IMG/VR virus record: IMGVR_UViG_2563366861_000002
DNA: 49,107 nt
Strand: one strand, 5' to 3'
From: a virus
Taxonomy: Duplodnaviria > Heunggongvirae > Uroviricota > Caudoviricetes
The notes beneath the pieces were generated by a model. The model was not told the origin of the DNA and did not search any database. It worked only from the letters and a program-made list of their open reading frames with translations. A program made the position numbers and the translations under genes. This document shows, piece by piece, positions 8,817 through 17,114 of this stretch. How positions within the stretch are numbered: the first letter of the stretch is position 1; each line of letters opens with the position of its first letter.

Positions 8817-9029
8817 ATGTCAAATACACAGAAAATTATTAACACTGAAAAATATAACGAGTGGGTGAAAAAATTCTCTGAACAGATTTTTAAAATTACT
8901 GGCGACGAGAATGTGGCAAAAAATGAATTAGAACCGTGGACACCTGAAGGAAACGCACCAAATTATTGCTGGTGGGAAGTTGATCCGGTTGATGCTGCAA
9001 ATGAAGCCATGAGTTACCACAACGATTAA
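8817..9029 (+). CDS. hypothetical protein (nin-like region)
   Basis: 70-aa ORF with strong RBS (CTGGAGG) 7 nt upstream. Confidence 0.6.
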   Translation: MSNTQKIINTEKYNEWVKKFSEQIFKITGDENVAKNELEPWTPEGNAPNYCWWEVDPVDAANEAMSYHND

Positions 9030-9061
9030 TGTCGGGAGGCCGCCCGAAAGGGCGGTAAGAA

Positions 9062-9280
9062 ATGACTACATTATTCAGAAAAGAATATCCGCAAAAAAGT
9101 AGAGCGACAGAATTTTTGTTTCTCATTCTGTTTATCGTATTGATGATACCGATATCCCCTCTAATTTTTGTCTGGGCAATCGGGAAAATAATTGAGCCAG
9201 TTACTGAATTGTATACCGACGTTGTATGGGCGTCGTTCAACACACTGCACAATAAAATTAATCCGTATAAGGAAAACTGA
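9062..9280 (+). CDS. hypothetical small membrane protein
   Basis: 72-aa ORF with hydrophobic segment FLFLILFIVLMIPISPLIFVWAIG; stop adjoins next start. Confidence 0.4.
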   Translation: MTTLFRKEYPQKSRATEFLFLILFIVLMIPISPLIFVWAIGKIIEPVTELYTDVVWASFNTLHNKINPYKEN

Positions 9281-9281
9281 T

Positions 9282-9545
9282 ATGGCAACTTTGACAAAAA
9301 AAGAACGGGCATGGTTGAACGAATTACAGGAAGTTCTTGATCGCTGTCCATCACCGAAAAAAATTGGCTTTTACACCATTGGCGATAAAAGCATTTACCT
9401 GTATGACCTACGCCGCATGGATGAAATCATGGAGGCTCTTGATAATCGTTCGTCGATGGATTGGTGTGTTGCTGTTCATGATATGAATGCAGGGTTTGAT
9501 GAAAAGATTTTGTTCCCCTCATCAGTTGAAAGCACTGCGGGTTAA
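9282..9545 (+). CDS. hypothetical protein
   Basis: Internal ATG (MATLTKKERAWLNEL...) of the 117-aa ORF; 87 aa. Confidence 0.55.
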   Translation: MATLTKKERAWLNELQEVLDRCPSPKKIGFYTIGDKSIYLYDLRRMDEIMEALDNRSSMDWCVAVHDMNAGFDEKILFPSSVESTAG

Positions 9546-9555
9546 GGAGTAACAC

Positions 9556-9723
9556 ATGACCACTATTACCAAAGAACGTATTGAATTGTTCATTAAAAAC
9601 CCGCTTGAAAACGGGCTTACCCGTGGTGAACAAATGGAACTGGCACGGATTGCGCTGGCATCGCTGGAAGCAGAGCCGGTTGTGTTCTGGTTTGAAAAAT
9701 ATCAAGAAGGGGCTACGGCATGA
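9556..9723 (+). CDS. hypothetical small protein (paralogous to N-terminal part of next ORF)
   Basis: 55-aa ORF not in the track (<60 aa); AAGGAG RBS; shares motif [10 protein letters not shown] with [10 protein letters not shown] of 9720-10064; ATGA overlap with next gene. Confidence 0.45.
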   Translation: MTTITKERIELFIKNPLENGLTRGEQMELARIALASLEAEPVVFWFEKYQEGATA

Positions 9724-10064
9724 CGACTTTTACCAGAGAGCAGTTAATAGCTCACGCAGAGGAGACTATTGAAGCACAGAGACTGTGCATACCGGGCACA
9801 ATCGACCATGACATCATCCGCACATATAAGATGGATATTGCTGTTCTGGAAATCGCACTGGTATCGCTGGCAGCAGAGCCAGCCGGTAAATTGCATGAAT
9901 ACAAACCAGTGGGATATCAGCGTCTGGTCGATGAGTTAACCATGCTGGTAAAGCAGTTAACCTGGCAACTGAGGAAAGCGAAGCCAGACTGCAAATTACC
10001 GGATAAGGCGATGAGTTATCTGGAGCGGAACGGACTGATAAGCGTGGAGGATATTTTACGATGA
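9720..10064 (+). CDS. hypothetical protein
   Basis: 114-aa ORF, translationally coupled to neighbours. Confidence 0.6.
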   Translation: MTTFTREQLIAHAEETIEAQRLCIPGTIDHDIIRTYKMDIAVLEIALVSLAAEPAGKLHEYKPVGYQRLVDELTMLVKQLTWQLRKAKPDCKLPDKAMSYLERNGLISVEDILR

Positions 10065-10144
10065 CCTGGCCTGAAGCATTAACAACGGTAGGAATTGCGA
10101 TGGCGGTGGCGCTGGTGGTGTATTCGATTTGCCGCTGGGGATAA
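10061..10144 (+). CDS. possible 27-aa hydrophobic peptide
   Basis: ATG overlaps preceding stop (ATGA); [27 protein letters not shown] is a single TM-like helix; very short, speculative. Confidence 0.3.
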   Translation: MTWPEALTTVGIAMAVALVVYSICRWG

Positions 10145-10355
10145 AAACGGTTTGCGGGAAAAGGAGAGTTAAGTAGAATTGCAGCGGGTGCTTGAGGCTA
10201 TCTGTCTCAGGCATGAACACCAAAAGGCAGATAGAGAAAAGCCCCAGTTAACATTACGCGTCCGGCAAGACGCTTAACATTAATCTGAGGCCATATCTAT
10301 GCTCTACACACGTAGGTTAGCCTCTTACGTGCCGAAAGGCAAGGAGAAGCAGGCT

Positions 10356-10511
10356 ATGAAGCAGCAAAAGGCGATGCTAATCGCCCTGATCGTCATCTGT
10401 TTAACCGTCATTGTGACGGCACTGGTAACGAGGAAAGACCTCTGCGAGGTACGAATCCGAACCGGCCAGACGGAGGTCGCTGTCTTCACAGCTTACGAAC
10501 CTGAGGAGTAA
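10356..10511 (+). CDS. Hok/Gef-family type I toxin (small membrane toxin)
   Basis: MKQQKAMLIALIVICLTVIVTALVTRKDLCEVRIRTGQTEVAVFTAYEPEE matches Hok/Gef family signature (TM helix + LTRKxLCE...EVAxFxAYE); in-frame upstream ATG at 10299. Confidence 0.8.
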   Translation: MKQQKAMLIALIVICLTVIVTALVTRKDLCEVRIRTGQTEVAVFTAYEPEE

Positions 10512-10580
10512 GAGACCTGGCGGGGGAGAAATCCCTCGCCACCTCTGATGTGTCAGGCATCCTCAACGCACCCGCACTTA

Positions 10581-10610
10581 ACCCGCTTCGGCGGGTTTTG
10601 TTCTTTTTGT
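10581..10610 (+). terminator. rho-independent terminator
   Basis: CCCGCTTCGGCGGG hairpin followed by TTTTGTTCTTTTT; identical hairpin recurs at 11937-11966. Confidence 0.7.
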
Positions 10611-10755
10611 GAAAAAAATTCCCTTAAAGGAGATTTTTTTAACTAAAAAGGTTTACTTTGCTTTCGTATATGGTAAATTTTAGGAATTAGAATTTAAGCG
10701 CCCATCAGGCTTGCGTTAGGCAAGTCTGCTAAATCAACAAATTGAGGATAAAATC

Positions 10756-11115
10756 ATGGCACTCACTGAATTCGGTAAGGCCGTTAGAAAAGCGAGGATC
10801 GATACTGACAGTACTCTTCTGACTATGTCTCAAGAACTGGGCACTACGCCAGCGTTTCTTAGCGGTTTAGAAACTGGTAGCAAAAAAATACCTCTGAAGT
10901 GGGTTAAGAAGATTGATTCTTACTTCAAGGCCAAAGGTGTAGAAATTGAAGGGTTACAGGAGCTAGCGGCAGTTGCGAATGACTCAGTTCCAGTAAACGG
11001 TTTGTCTCAGCAACAGAAAATGCTTGTAGCGGGATTCGCTAAGTCGCAGTTTACGCCGGAACAGCTAAAGAGTTTTGCAGATTTATTGCAAAAGATTAAT
11101 AACAATGAGGGGTAA
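10756..11115 (+). CDS. XRE-family HTH transcriptional regulator
   Basis: 119-aa ORF; HTH (STLLTMSQELGTTPAFLSGLETG); GAGGA RBS; own promoter-like AT-rich upstream region. Confidence 0.8.
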   Translation: MALTEFGKAVRKARIDTDSTLLTMSQELGTTPAFLSGLETGSKKIPLKWVKKIDSYFKAKGVEIEGLQELAAVANDSVPVNGLSQQQKMLVAGFAKSQFTPEQLKSFADLLQKINNNEG

Positions 11116-11117
11116 TT

Positions 11118-11594
11118 ATGTATCAAATGAGAGGTAACAGGGTGTCACCGATGCAAGAAGAAGAAATAGCCTACAGAGCTATAAACTTCTGTAATGCTAT
11201 TGGTCTTACAGCCTCAAAGCGCAAAAGAAAGCGTTATGATATGTTCTTTGAAAGCCTGTCAATTTATGGGGTTACTCTTGACGTCAGGACCGACAAAGAG
11301 TGGGAGGCTCTGACGTATGATCTAACTATCGGACATTGTGACCCCGCTTCTCTAACAATTACGGTTCCCAATAAAATATATGTGAATGCTTGCCTTGGGG
11401 AAGAGCATGCACTTGCTGTTATCTTCCACGAGCTAGGTCATTTGCTTCTTGGACACAAAGCAGTTTTACACTTTTCAGTTAAAGAACCTACTCGTATTGA
11501 GGATGCAGAATGGCAGGCAGATACATTTGCGGATATCGTACTGGAAACAATTGGCGTGAGAACACAACAGATGTCGTTCGATTTTTATATGTAA
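11118..11594 (+). CDS. ImmA/IrrE-family zinc metallopeptidase
   Basis: 158-aa ORF with HExxH motif (HELGHLLLGH) typical of ImmA/IrrE (COG2856-like) peptidases; immediately downstream of XRE gene. Confidence 0.8.
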   Translation: MYQMRGNRVSPMQEEEIAYRAINFCNAIGLTASKRKRKRYDMFFESLSIYGVTLDVRTDKEWEALTYDLTIGHCDPASLTITVPNKIYVNACLGEEHALAVIFHELGHLLLGHKAVLHFSVKEPTRIEDAEWQADTFADIVLETIGVRTQQMSFDFYM

Positions 11595-11620
11595 AAGCCC
11601 TGCGCTAACAGGGCTTTTAG
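11594..11620 (+). terminator. rho-independent terminator
   Basis: AAAAGCCCTG-cgctaa-CAGGGCTTTT hairpin directly after ImmA stop. Confidence 0.6.
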
Positions 11621-11761
11621 GGACGGAAAGTGCGCTAACACATTCCGTAGTGTATGGAGATAATCCAATCACAACACTTTTTGTAGACAAGCGAAGTGTA
11701 GTGGTTCTCCCAACAAAGTGCAACCTGTGTGGATTCACAGGTGAGCAGGGAAAACGAAATC

Positions 11762-11911
11762 ATGGCAATGGGTACCTGTCGCAAATGTGGCTGTCCATGT
11801 GAGATCATTTTTCGCTACTCTGTGTGTGTAGATGGTGTAATGCGCCACGCGAAAAAAGGGAAGCCTTTCCCGATCCCACTTTGCAGTTGTAGTGGCAAGC
11901 ACGCAGCTTGA
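11762..11911 (+). CDS. hypothetical Cys-rich small protein
   Basis: 49 aa with 7 Cys (CRKCGCPCE...CSCSG), possible metal-binding; ATG within the 60-aa track ORF. Confidence 0.4.
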   Translation: MAMGTCRKCGCPCEIIFRYSVCVDGVMRHAKKGKPFPIPLCSCSGKHAA

Positions 11912-11936
11912 TATTCAGTACTGACAAAACCCGCTT

Positions 11937-11966
11937 CGGCGGGTTTTGTTTTTTCTTGGCATTCAG
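11937..11966 (+). terminator. rho-independent terminator (copy of 10581-10610 hairpin)
   Basis: AAACCCGCTTCGGCGGGTTTTGTTTTTTC. Confidence 0.7.
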
Positions 11967-12026
11967 GTTTACAATTCGCACGTCAGCCTGAACAACTGGC
12001 ACCTGCTGCGCCAGCAGAGAAAGACG

Positions 12027-12305
12027 ATGGCGCACAATACCAAATCACACAATTCTGATAATTCAGCTGTCTTTGCCAGCAGGCACGGGCGGCGTTCCCG
12101 CACATTCAAATCTGATTGGTACCAGCATCCCCCATGTACTGAAGAACAAGCTGAATGGCTAATTCAGTGCTACCGCAGACACGGATACGAGATTAAGAAA
12201 GCCCTCAGCCTCGATTATCGTCACTGGATAATCTCCGTCAGGCTTCCTTACTCTGAACGCCCACCGCGTCCGTCCCGCACATTCCAGCAACGCATCTGGA
12301 GGTAA
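12027..12305 (+). CDS. hypothetical protein
   Basis: Internal ATG (MAHNTKSH...) of 119-aa ORF; 92 aa; basic. Confidence 0.5.
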   Translation: MAHNTKSHNSDNSAVFASRHGRRSRTFKSDWYQHPPCTEEQAEWLIQCYRRHGYEIKKALSLDYRHWIISVRLPYSERPPRPSRTFQQRIWR

Positions 12306-12306
12306 C

Positions 12307-13353
12307 GTGCGGGTATTACTTCGACCTGTTCTGGTACCGGAACTCGGGCTGGTGATCGTTAAGCCGGGCCGTGAATCCATGCCGGTATTCCACAATACCC
12401 GGGTACTGGTGGAGCCGGAACCGAAAAGCATGCGTAATCTGTCGTCCGGGGTCGTTCCTGCCGTTCGCCAGCCGCTGGCGGAGGATAAATCATTACTGCC
12501 ATTTTTCAGCGACGAACGAGTGATTCGTGCTGCTGGTGGCGCTGGCGCATTGTCTGACTGGTTACTGCGCCATGTTAAATCCTGCCAGTGGCCACACGGC
12601 GATTATCACCACAGTGAAACCGTCATTCACCGTTATGGTACCGGCGCAATGGTGTTGTGCTGGCACTGCGACAACCAGCTGCGCGACCAGACCTCCGAAT
12701 CACTCGGGCAACTTGCTCACCAAAACCTGTCTGCATGGATGATTGACGTCATACGCCATGCAATGAATGGCTCGCAGGAACGGGAATTATCGCTGGCTGA
12801 ATTATCCTGGTGGGCGGTCCGCAATCAGGTGGCGGACGCGCTACCGGAAGCGGTATTACGTCGTTCGCTGGGGTTGCGTGCGGAAAAAATCCGCTCAATG
12901 TACCGTGAAAGCGACATCGTACCGGGAGAGCAGACCGCCACCAGCATACTGAAGCAGCGCACAAAAAATCTTGCGCCGCTGCCTCACGCCCACCAGCAAA
13001 ACCCGCCACAGGAAGAGACGGTGGTCAGCATTGCCGTTGATCCTGAGTCTCCGGAATCTTTCATGAAACGACCTAAACGTCGCCGCTGGGTTAACGAGAA
13101 ATACACACGCTGGGTGAAGACACAGCCGTGTGCGTGTTGTGGTAAGCCAGCCGACGATCCCCATCACCTGATTGGTCATGGTCAGGGCGGAATGGGGACA
13201 AAATCTCACGATATTTTCACGCTACCGCTGTGTCGGGAGCATCACAACGAGCTTCATGCGGATCCTCTGGCGTTCGAAGAAAAGCATGGTTCTCAGGTTG
13301 ATTTAATTTTTCGTTTTCTTGATCACGCCTTTGCAACTGGCGTGCTTGGGTAA
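12307..13353 (+). CDS. DUF968-like protein with C-terminal Cys/His (HNH-like) motif
   Basis: 348-aa ORF; C-terminal CACCGK...HHLIGHG...CREHHNELH; position upstream of rusA typical of lambdoid prophages. Confidence 0.7.
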   Translation: MRVLLRPVLVPELGLVIVKPGRESMPVFHNTRVLVEPEPKSMRNLSSGVVPAVRQPLAEDKSLLPFFSDERVIRAAGGAGALSDWLLRHVKSCQWPHGDYHHSETVIHRYGTGAMVLCWHCDNQLRDQTSESLGQLAHQNLSAWMIDVIRHAMNGSQERELSLAELSWWAVRNQVADALPEAVLRRSLGLRAEKIRSMYRESDIVPGEQTATSILKQRTKNLAPLPHAHQQNPPQEETVVSIAVDPESPESFMKRPKRRRWVNEKYTRWVKTQPCACCGKPADDPHHLIGHGQGGMGTKSHDIFTLPLCREHHNELHADPLAFEEKHGSQVDLIFRFLDHAFATGVLG

Positions 13354-13365
13354 AAGAGGTGACTG

Positions 13366-13740
13366 ATGCTCATAGATTTGGTTTTACCTTACCCGCCGAC
13401 GGTGAACACTTACTGGCGACGCCGTGGCAGCACATATTTTATCTCGGAGGAGGGAAAGCGTTATCGCCGGGCTGTGGCGCTTATTGTTCGCCAGCAGCGG
13501 CTGAAATTAAGCCTGTCCGGAAGGCTGGCGATAAAGGTGATTGCAGAGCCACCGGATAAGCGTCGTCGCGACCTGGACAATATTCTGAAAGCACCACTGG
13601 ATGCGCTGACGCATGCCGGACTTCTCATAGACGACGAGCAGTTTGATGAAATCAATATTGTGCGCGGTCAGCGCGTTCCTGGGGGGCGGCTGGGCGTGAA
13701 GATTTACCCCATAATGCTTGAAGGGCAGGTCAAAAAATGA
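13366..13740 (+). CDS. rusA: Holliday-junction resolvase RusA
   Basis: 124-aa ORF; PDKRRRDLDN and DALT...DD motifs match RusA; AGAGG RBS. Confidence 0.85.
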   Translation: MLIDLVLPYPPTVNTYWRRRGSTYFISEEGKRYRRAVALIVRQQRLKLSLSGRLAIKVIAEPPDKRRRDLDNILKAPLDALTHAGLLIDDEQFDEINIVRGQRVPGGRLGVKIYPIMLEGQVKK

Positions 13741-14558
13741 AACTGGAAGATTTACCGAAATACTACTCCCCAAAATCCCCCGGCCTGACTGATGCATCGG
13801 CCTCAACGTCGAAAGATGCGCTGAGTATCACTGATGTGATGGCCGCGCAGGGCATGACACAGAATCGGGCTGAGATGGGGTTTTCTGCGTTCCTTGGGAA
13901 AATGGGCATTAGTATGAATGACAGAGAGCGGGCAACAGAATTGCTGACAGAATATGCACTCAGTCGGTGTGATCGCGTGGCGGCGTTAAGAAAACTCCCG
14001 GCAGAAATAAAACCGGCAGTGATGCGTATTATGGCTTCGTATGCGTTTGAAGATTATGCCCGCAGCGCGGCGAGCAAAAAACAGTGCTCCTGCTGTCACG
14101 GAAACAAATTTATTGAAAGCGAGGTTTTTACAAACAAGATCCAGTATCCGGATGGTAAGCCGCCGGTATGGGCAAAGTGTACGAAAGGTGTGTATCCGTC
14201 TTACTGGGAAGAATGGAAAAAAGTCAGGGAGGTGGTAAAAGTTGCCTGTCCGGAGTGTGGCGGAAAGGGTGAGGTTTCCACCGCCTGTAAGGATTGCCGT
14301 GGGCGTGGTGTCGCCATTCATCGTGAAGAGTCGGTAAAACGTGGTATGCCTGTTATCAGAGACTGCCAGCGTTGTGGTGGTCGTGGCTGTGAAAGACTAC
14401 CATCAACGGAGGCATTTAATGCCATATGCAAAGTGACGAGTGCTATCACGCTTGATACGTGGAAAAAATCAGTGAAACGCTTTTACGATACGTTGGTGGT
14501 TCGGTTTGACATTGAAGAGGCATGGGCGGAGCGGCAGTTAAAGAGGGTAACGCGATAG
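13737..14558 (+). CDS. Q: late-gene antiterminator Q (lambda-Q family with Cys-rich insert)
   Basis: 273-aa ORF; N-terminal YSPKSP...DVMAAQGM and C-terminal FYDTLVV resemble lambda Q; followed by lambda-like pR'. Confidence 0.8.
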   Translation: MKLEDLPKYYSPKSPGLTDASASTSKDALSITDVMAAQGMTQNRAEMGFSAFLGKMGISMNDRERATELLTEYALSRCDRVAALRKLPAEIKPAVMRIMASYAFEDYARSAASKKQCSCCHGNKFIESEVFTNKIQYPDGKPPVWAKCTKGVYPSYWEEWKKVREVVKVACPECGGKGEVSTACKDCRGRGVAIHREESVKRGMPVIRDCQRCGGRGCERLPSTEAFNAICKVTSAITLDTWKKSVKRFYDTLVVRFDIEEAWAERQLKRVTR

Positions 14559-14560
14559 TG

Positions 14561-14592
14561 TTGTTGATTTTTCCCGAATCTGTGGTAAATTT
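14561..14592 (+). promoter_or_regulatory. late promoter pR' (with qut-like region)
   Basis: TTGATT -35 and TAAATT -10; downstream CTCTAACGATGGG nearly identical to lambda pR' region (GACTCAACGATGGG). Confidence 0.6.
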
Positions 14593-14638
14593 GCTCTAAC
14601 GATGGGCGTTTTATGCCTGACGTTAGAAGATTTTTTAC

Positions 14639-14663
14639 ACCCCGCCGCCTGGCGGGTTTTTTA
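14639..14663 (+). terminator. tR'-like terminator of short late leader RNA
   Basis: CCCGCCgcctGGCGGG hairpin plus TTTTTT. Confidence 0.65.
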
Positions 14664-14784
14664 TGACTGAAATCGCGTCAGTATAGTAAACGCGCTGGTG
14701 GCGGTGAATACCTGTCTTTCAGCTTGCTGGCTTTTTCGACAAGAGTTATTGGTGTGTCACGTTAACCGGAAAAGGGAAAAAGAC

Positions 14785-14982
14785 ATGCTAAAACAGCAGG
14801 ATATGACAGAAACCGCCAGAGTGGTGTTTAATGAATTAAGCGTTACCGAACCGGCGACAGTCGGGGAGATAGCGCAGAATACTTACCTTTCACGCGAACG
14901 CTGCCAGTTAATACTGACCCAGCTGGTTATGGCGGATCTGGCAGACTATCAGTTCGGTTGTTACAGACGCCTTCCGCAGTGA
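14785..14982 (+). CDS. hypothetical protein
   Basis: Internal ATG (MLKQQDMTE...) of 94-aa ORF; stop lies inside a terminator hairpin. Confidence 0.45.
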   Translation: MLKQQDMTETARVVFNELSVTEPATVGEIAQNTYLSRERCQLILTQLVMADLADYQFGCYRRLPQ

Positions 14983-14992
14983 AGGCTTTTTT
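14969..14992 (+). terminator. rho-independent terminator
   Basis: GCCTTC-cgcagt-GAAGGC followed by TTTTTTATTT. Confidence 0.6.
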
Positions 14993-15132
14993 ATTTGTGG
15001 TAAATGGGCGGCTGGTGGGTGTTAGGGGCACCCACCAGCCATCTGCTCATGCGTTGGGTTCACAAGCAAACCTCAGGCCCACTGCTTTGCGCAAAAGCAG
15101 AATGAGCCTATCAGAGACAGGCTTAATGATCC

Positions 15133-16182
15133 ATGCTTAATACTGTAAAAATATCCAGTTGTGAGTTAATCAACGCCGACTGCCTGGAATTTATCCGGTC
15201 GTTACCCGAAAATTCTGTTGACCTGATAGTCACGGACCCGCCGTACTTTAAAGTGAAGCCTGAGGGCTGGGATAACCAGTGGAAGGGCGACGATGATTAC
15301 CTGAAGTGGCTGGACCAGTGTCTGGCGCAGTTCTGGCGGGTGCTGAAACCTGCCGGAAGTCTTTACCTGTTCTGTGGTCATCGCCTGGCATCTGATATCG
15401 AAATCATGATGCGTGAACGCTTCAGTGTGCTGAACCATATTATCTGGGCGAAGCCGTCCGGACGCTGGAACGGATGCAACAAGGAAAGCCTGCGGGCGTA
15501 TTTCCCCGCCACAGAGCGCATTCTGCTCGCGGAACATTATCAGGGGCCGTATCGTCCGAAAGATGCCGGGTATGCGGCGAAGGGCAGTGCACTGAAACAG
15601 CATGTGATGGCCCCGCTGATTTCTTACTTTCGTGATGCGCGCGCGGCCCTGGGGATAACGGCAAAACAGATTGCAGATGCCACAGGAAAGAAAAACATGG
15701 TGTCGCACTGGTTCAGTGCCAGTCAGTGGCAGCTACCGAACGAAAGCGATTATCTGAAATTACAGTCGCTGTTTGCCCGGGTGGCAGAAGAGAAACATCA
15801 GCGCGGTGAACTGGAAAAGCCCCACCACCAGCTGGTGGATACGTATACGTCACTGAACCGGCAGTATGTGGAGCTGCAGAGTGAATATAAGCATCTGCGG
15901 CGGTATTTTGGTGTGACGGCGCAGGTGCCGTACACGGATGTGTGGACACATAAACCGGTGCAGTTCTATCCCGGGAAACATCCGTGCGAAAAACCGGCAG
16001 AAATGCTGCAGCAGATAATCAGCGCAAGCAGTCGTCCGGGTGACCTGGTTGCAGATTTTTTTATGGGCTCAGGTTCAACGGTAAAAGCGGCACTGGCGCT
16101 CGGGCGTCGTGCGATTGGCGTTGAGCTGGAGACCGGACGTTTTGAGCAGACAGTCAGGGAAGTTCAGGATTTAATCGTTTGA
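15133..16182 (+). CDS. orphan DNA methyltransferase (beta-class amino-MTase, DPPY motif)
   Basis: 349-aa ORF; motif IV VTDPPYF near N-terminus and motif I FFMGSGST near C-terminus; no adjacent restriction endonuclease. Confidence 0.85.
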   Translation: MLNTVKISSCELINADCLEFIRSLPENSVDLIVTDPPYFKVKPEGWDNQWKGDDDYLKWLDQCLAQFWRVLKPAGSLYLFCGHRLASDIEIMMRERFSVLNHIIWAKPSGRWNGCNKESLRAYFPATERILLAEHYQGPYRPKDAGYAAKGSALKQHVMAPLISYFRDARAALGITAKQIADATGKKNMVSHWFSASQWQLPNESDYLKLQSLFARVAEEKHQRGELEKPHHQLVDTYTSLNRQYVELQSEYKHLRRYFGVTAQVPYTDVWTHKPVQFYPGKHPCEKPAEMLQQIISASSRPGDLVADFFMGSGSTVKAALALGRRAIGVELETGRFEQTVREVQDLIV

Positions 16183-16231
16183 AACGGATGAGATTGCAGA
16201 ATTAATTACGCACCATTATTATTCTGCTCCC

Positions 16232-16307
16232 GGCCCTTTAGCTCAGTGGTGAGAGCGAGCGACTCATAATCGCCAGGTCGCTGGTTCAAATCCAGCAAGG
16301 GCCACCA
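16232..16307 (+). tRNA. tRNA-Ile (anticodon CAT, ileX-like)
   Basis: 76-nt cloverleaf GGCCCTT...AAGGGCC-A-CCA; anticodon loop CTCATAA; near-identical to E. coli tRNA-Ile2 as I recall it. Confidence 0.85.
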
Positions 16308-16316
16308 TATCACATA

Positions 16317-16393
16317 CCACCATTAGCTCATCGGGATAGAGCGCCAGCCTTCGAAGCTGGTTGCGCGGGGTTCGAGTTCTCGATGGCGGTCCA
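16317..16393 (+). tRNA. tRNA-Arg (anticodon TCG), imperfect stems
   Basis: D-arm GCTC-ATCGGGATA-GAGC, anticodon stem CCAGC/GCTGG with loop CTTCGAA, T-loop TTCGAGT, 3' CCA; one acceptor mismatch and wobble-rich T-stem. Confidence 0.55.
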
Positions 16394-16407
16394 TTTATCG
16401 GTATTCT

Positions 16408-16455
16408 GCGTTGTTAGCTCAGCCGGACAGAGCAATTGCCTTCTAAGCAGCTGTG
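16408..16455 (+). pseudogene. truncated tRNA-Arg-like fragment (5' half only)
   Basis: GCGTTGT-TA-GCTC-AGCCGGACA-GAGC and anticodon arm with CTTCTAA loop (TCT), but no T-arm or matching 3' acceptor strand downstream. Confidence 0.35.
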
Positions 16456-16644
16456 GTTGCACTCCTGTTGTTTCTGGTGGTGATGGTGGACTTCAGCAGC
16501 CGGATAATGTCGGTGCTGTCTGATGGTGTTTTGGTGGCGGGTGTGTGGTTGTTGCTTTCCCGTTGCTGAAAAAGAAAGCATCAGGCGATTAGCAGGGTAT
16601 CAGTTACACGTTGAAATTTTTAAATACCTCACAATTCCACAGCT

Positions 16645-16848
16645 TGATGATTGTCTGGCTGCCGGAGAATTTGTTAAAAATTACATCGCATGGTGAATCC
16701 CCCTCAGCGGCGGGGCATCTGGCAAAGTGTATGATCCAGAGAACATGCAAATTCAGTAGACAGGCTGAATTTACCGGGAGGCCCCTGGCACCATGCGACA
16801 GACAGAAATTAGGCTATACTTCAGCCCCTCTCCGGAGGGGCTTTTCTG
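16645..16848 (+). ncRNA. candidate structured small RNA / small transcription unit, copy A
   Basis: Promoter-like TTGTCT-17-TAAAAA, conserved GCATGGTG...CACCATGC segments, GC hairpin, and terminator AGCCCCTC-TCCG-GAGGGGCT + TTTTCTG; paralog at 17115-17308. Confidence 0.35.
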
Positions 16849-17114
16849 TGCAGGATGTGTCACAGTTTCCTGAATTCTGAGTACTGTCCTGTTACTCAGG
16901 GTGCTATATTTTCTGACGTGATGAAAGTCTGCCGGAAGGCGGAACGTATCGGAAATGACCCAGTAGAGAAAACGTTGACTCAGATACCGATGCTGAGTTA
17001 CCGGGAAACCGGCATCACATGACCGCTATCCTTCCAGGCTCGCTCCGGCGGGCCTTTTTACTGCAGAAAACAGTTTTCCCGTAAAATGCCACGTTGCTCA
17101 TAATTCAGGCTGGC

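Noticed and set aside
12749-13209. 86-aa and 104-aa minus-strand ORFs
   Set aside because: Antisense within the DUF968-like gene; no independent support.
16232-16307. Considered calling the first tRNA tRNA-Met because of its CAT anticodon
   Set aside because: The body closely matches my memory of E. coli tRNA-Ile2 (ileX-type), and rare-codon Ile tRNAs are typical of lambdoid phages; called Ile(CAT), though anticodon alone cannot exclude Met.
16485-16571. Short hydrophobic ORF (MVDFSSRIMSVLSDGVLVAGVWLLLSRC) resembling a type I toxin
   Set aside because: No RBS or promoter identified and it lies in the remnant after the truncated tRNA; hydrophobicity alone is insufficient.
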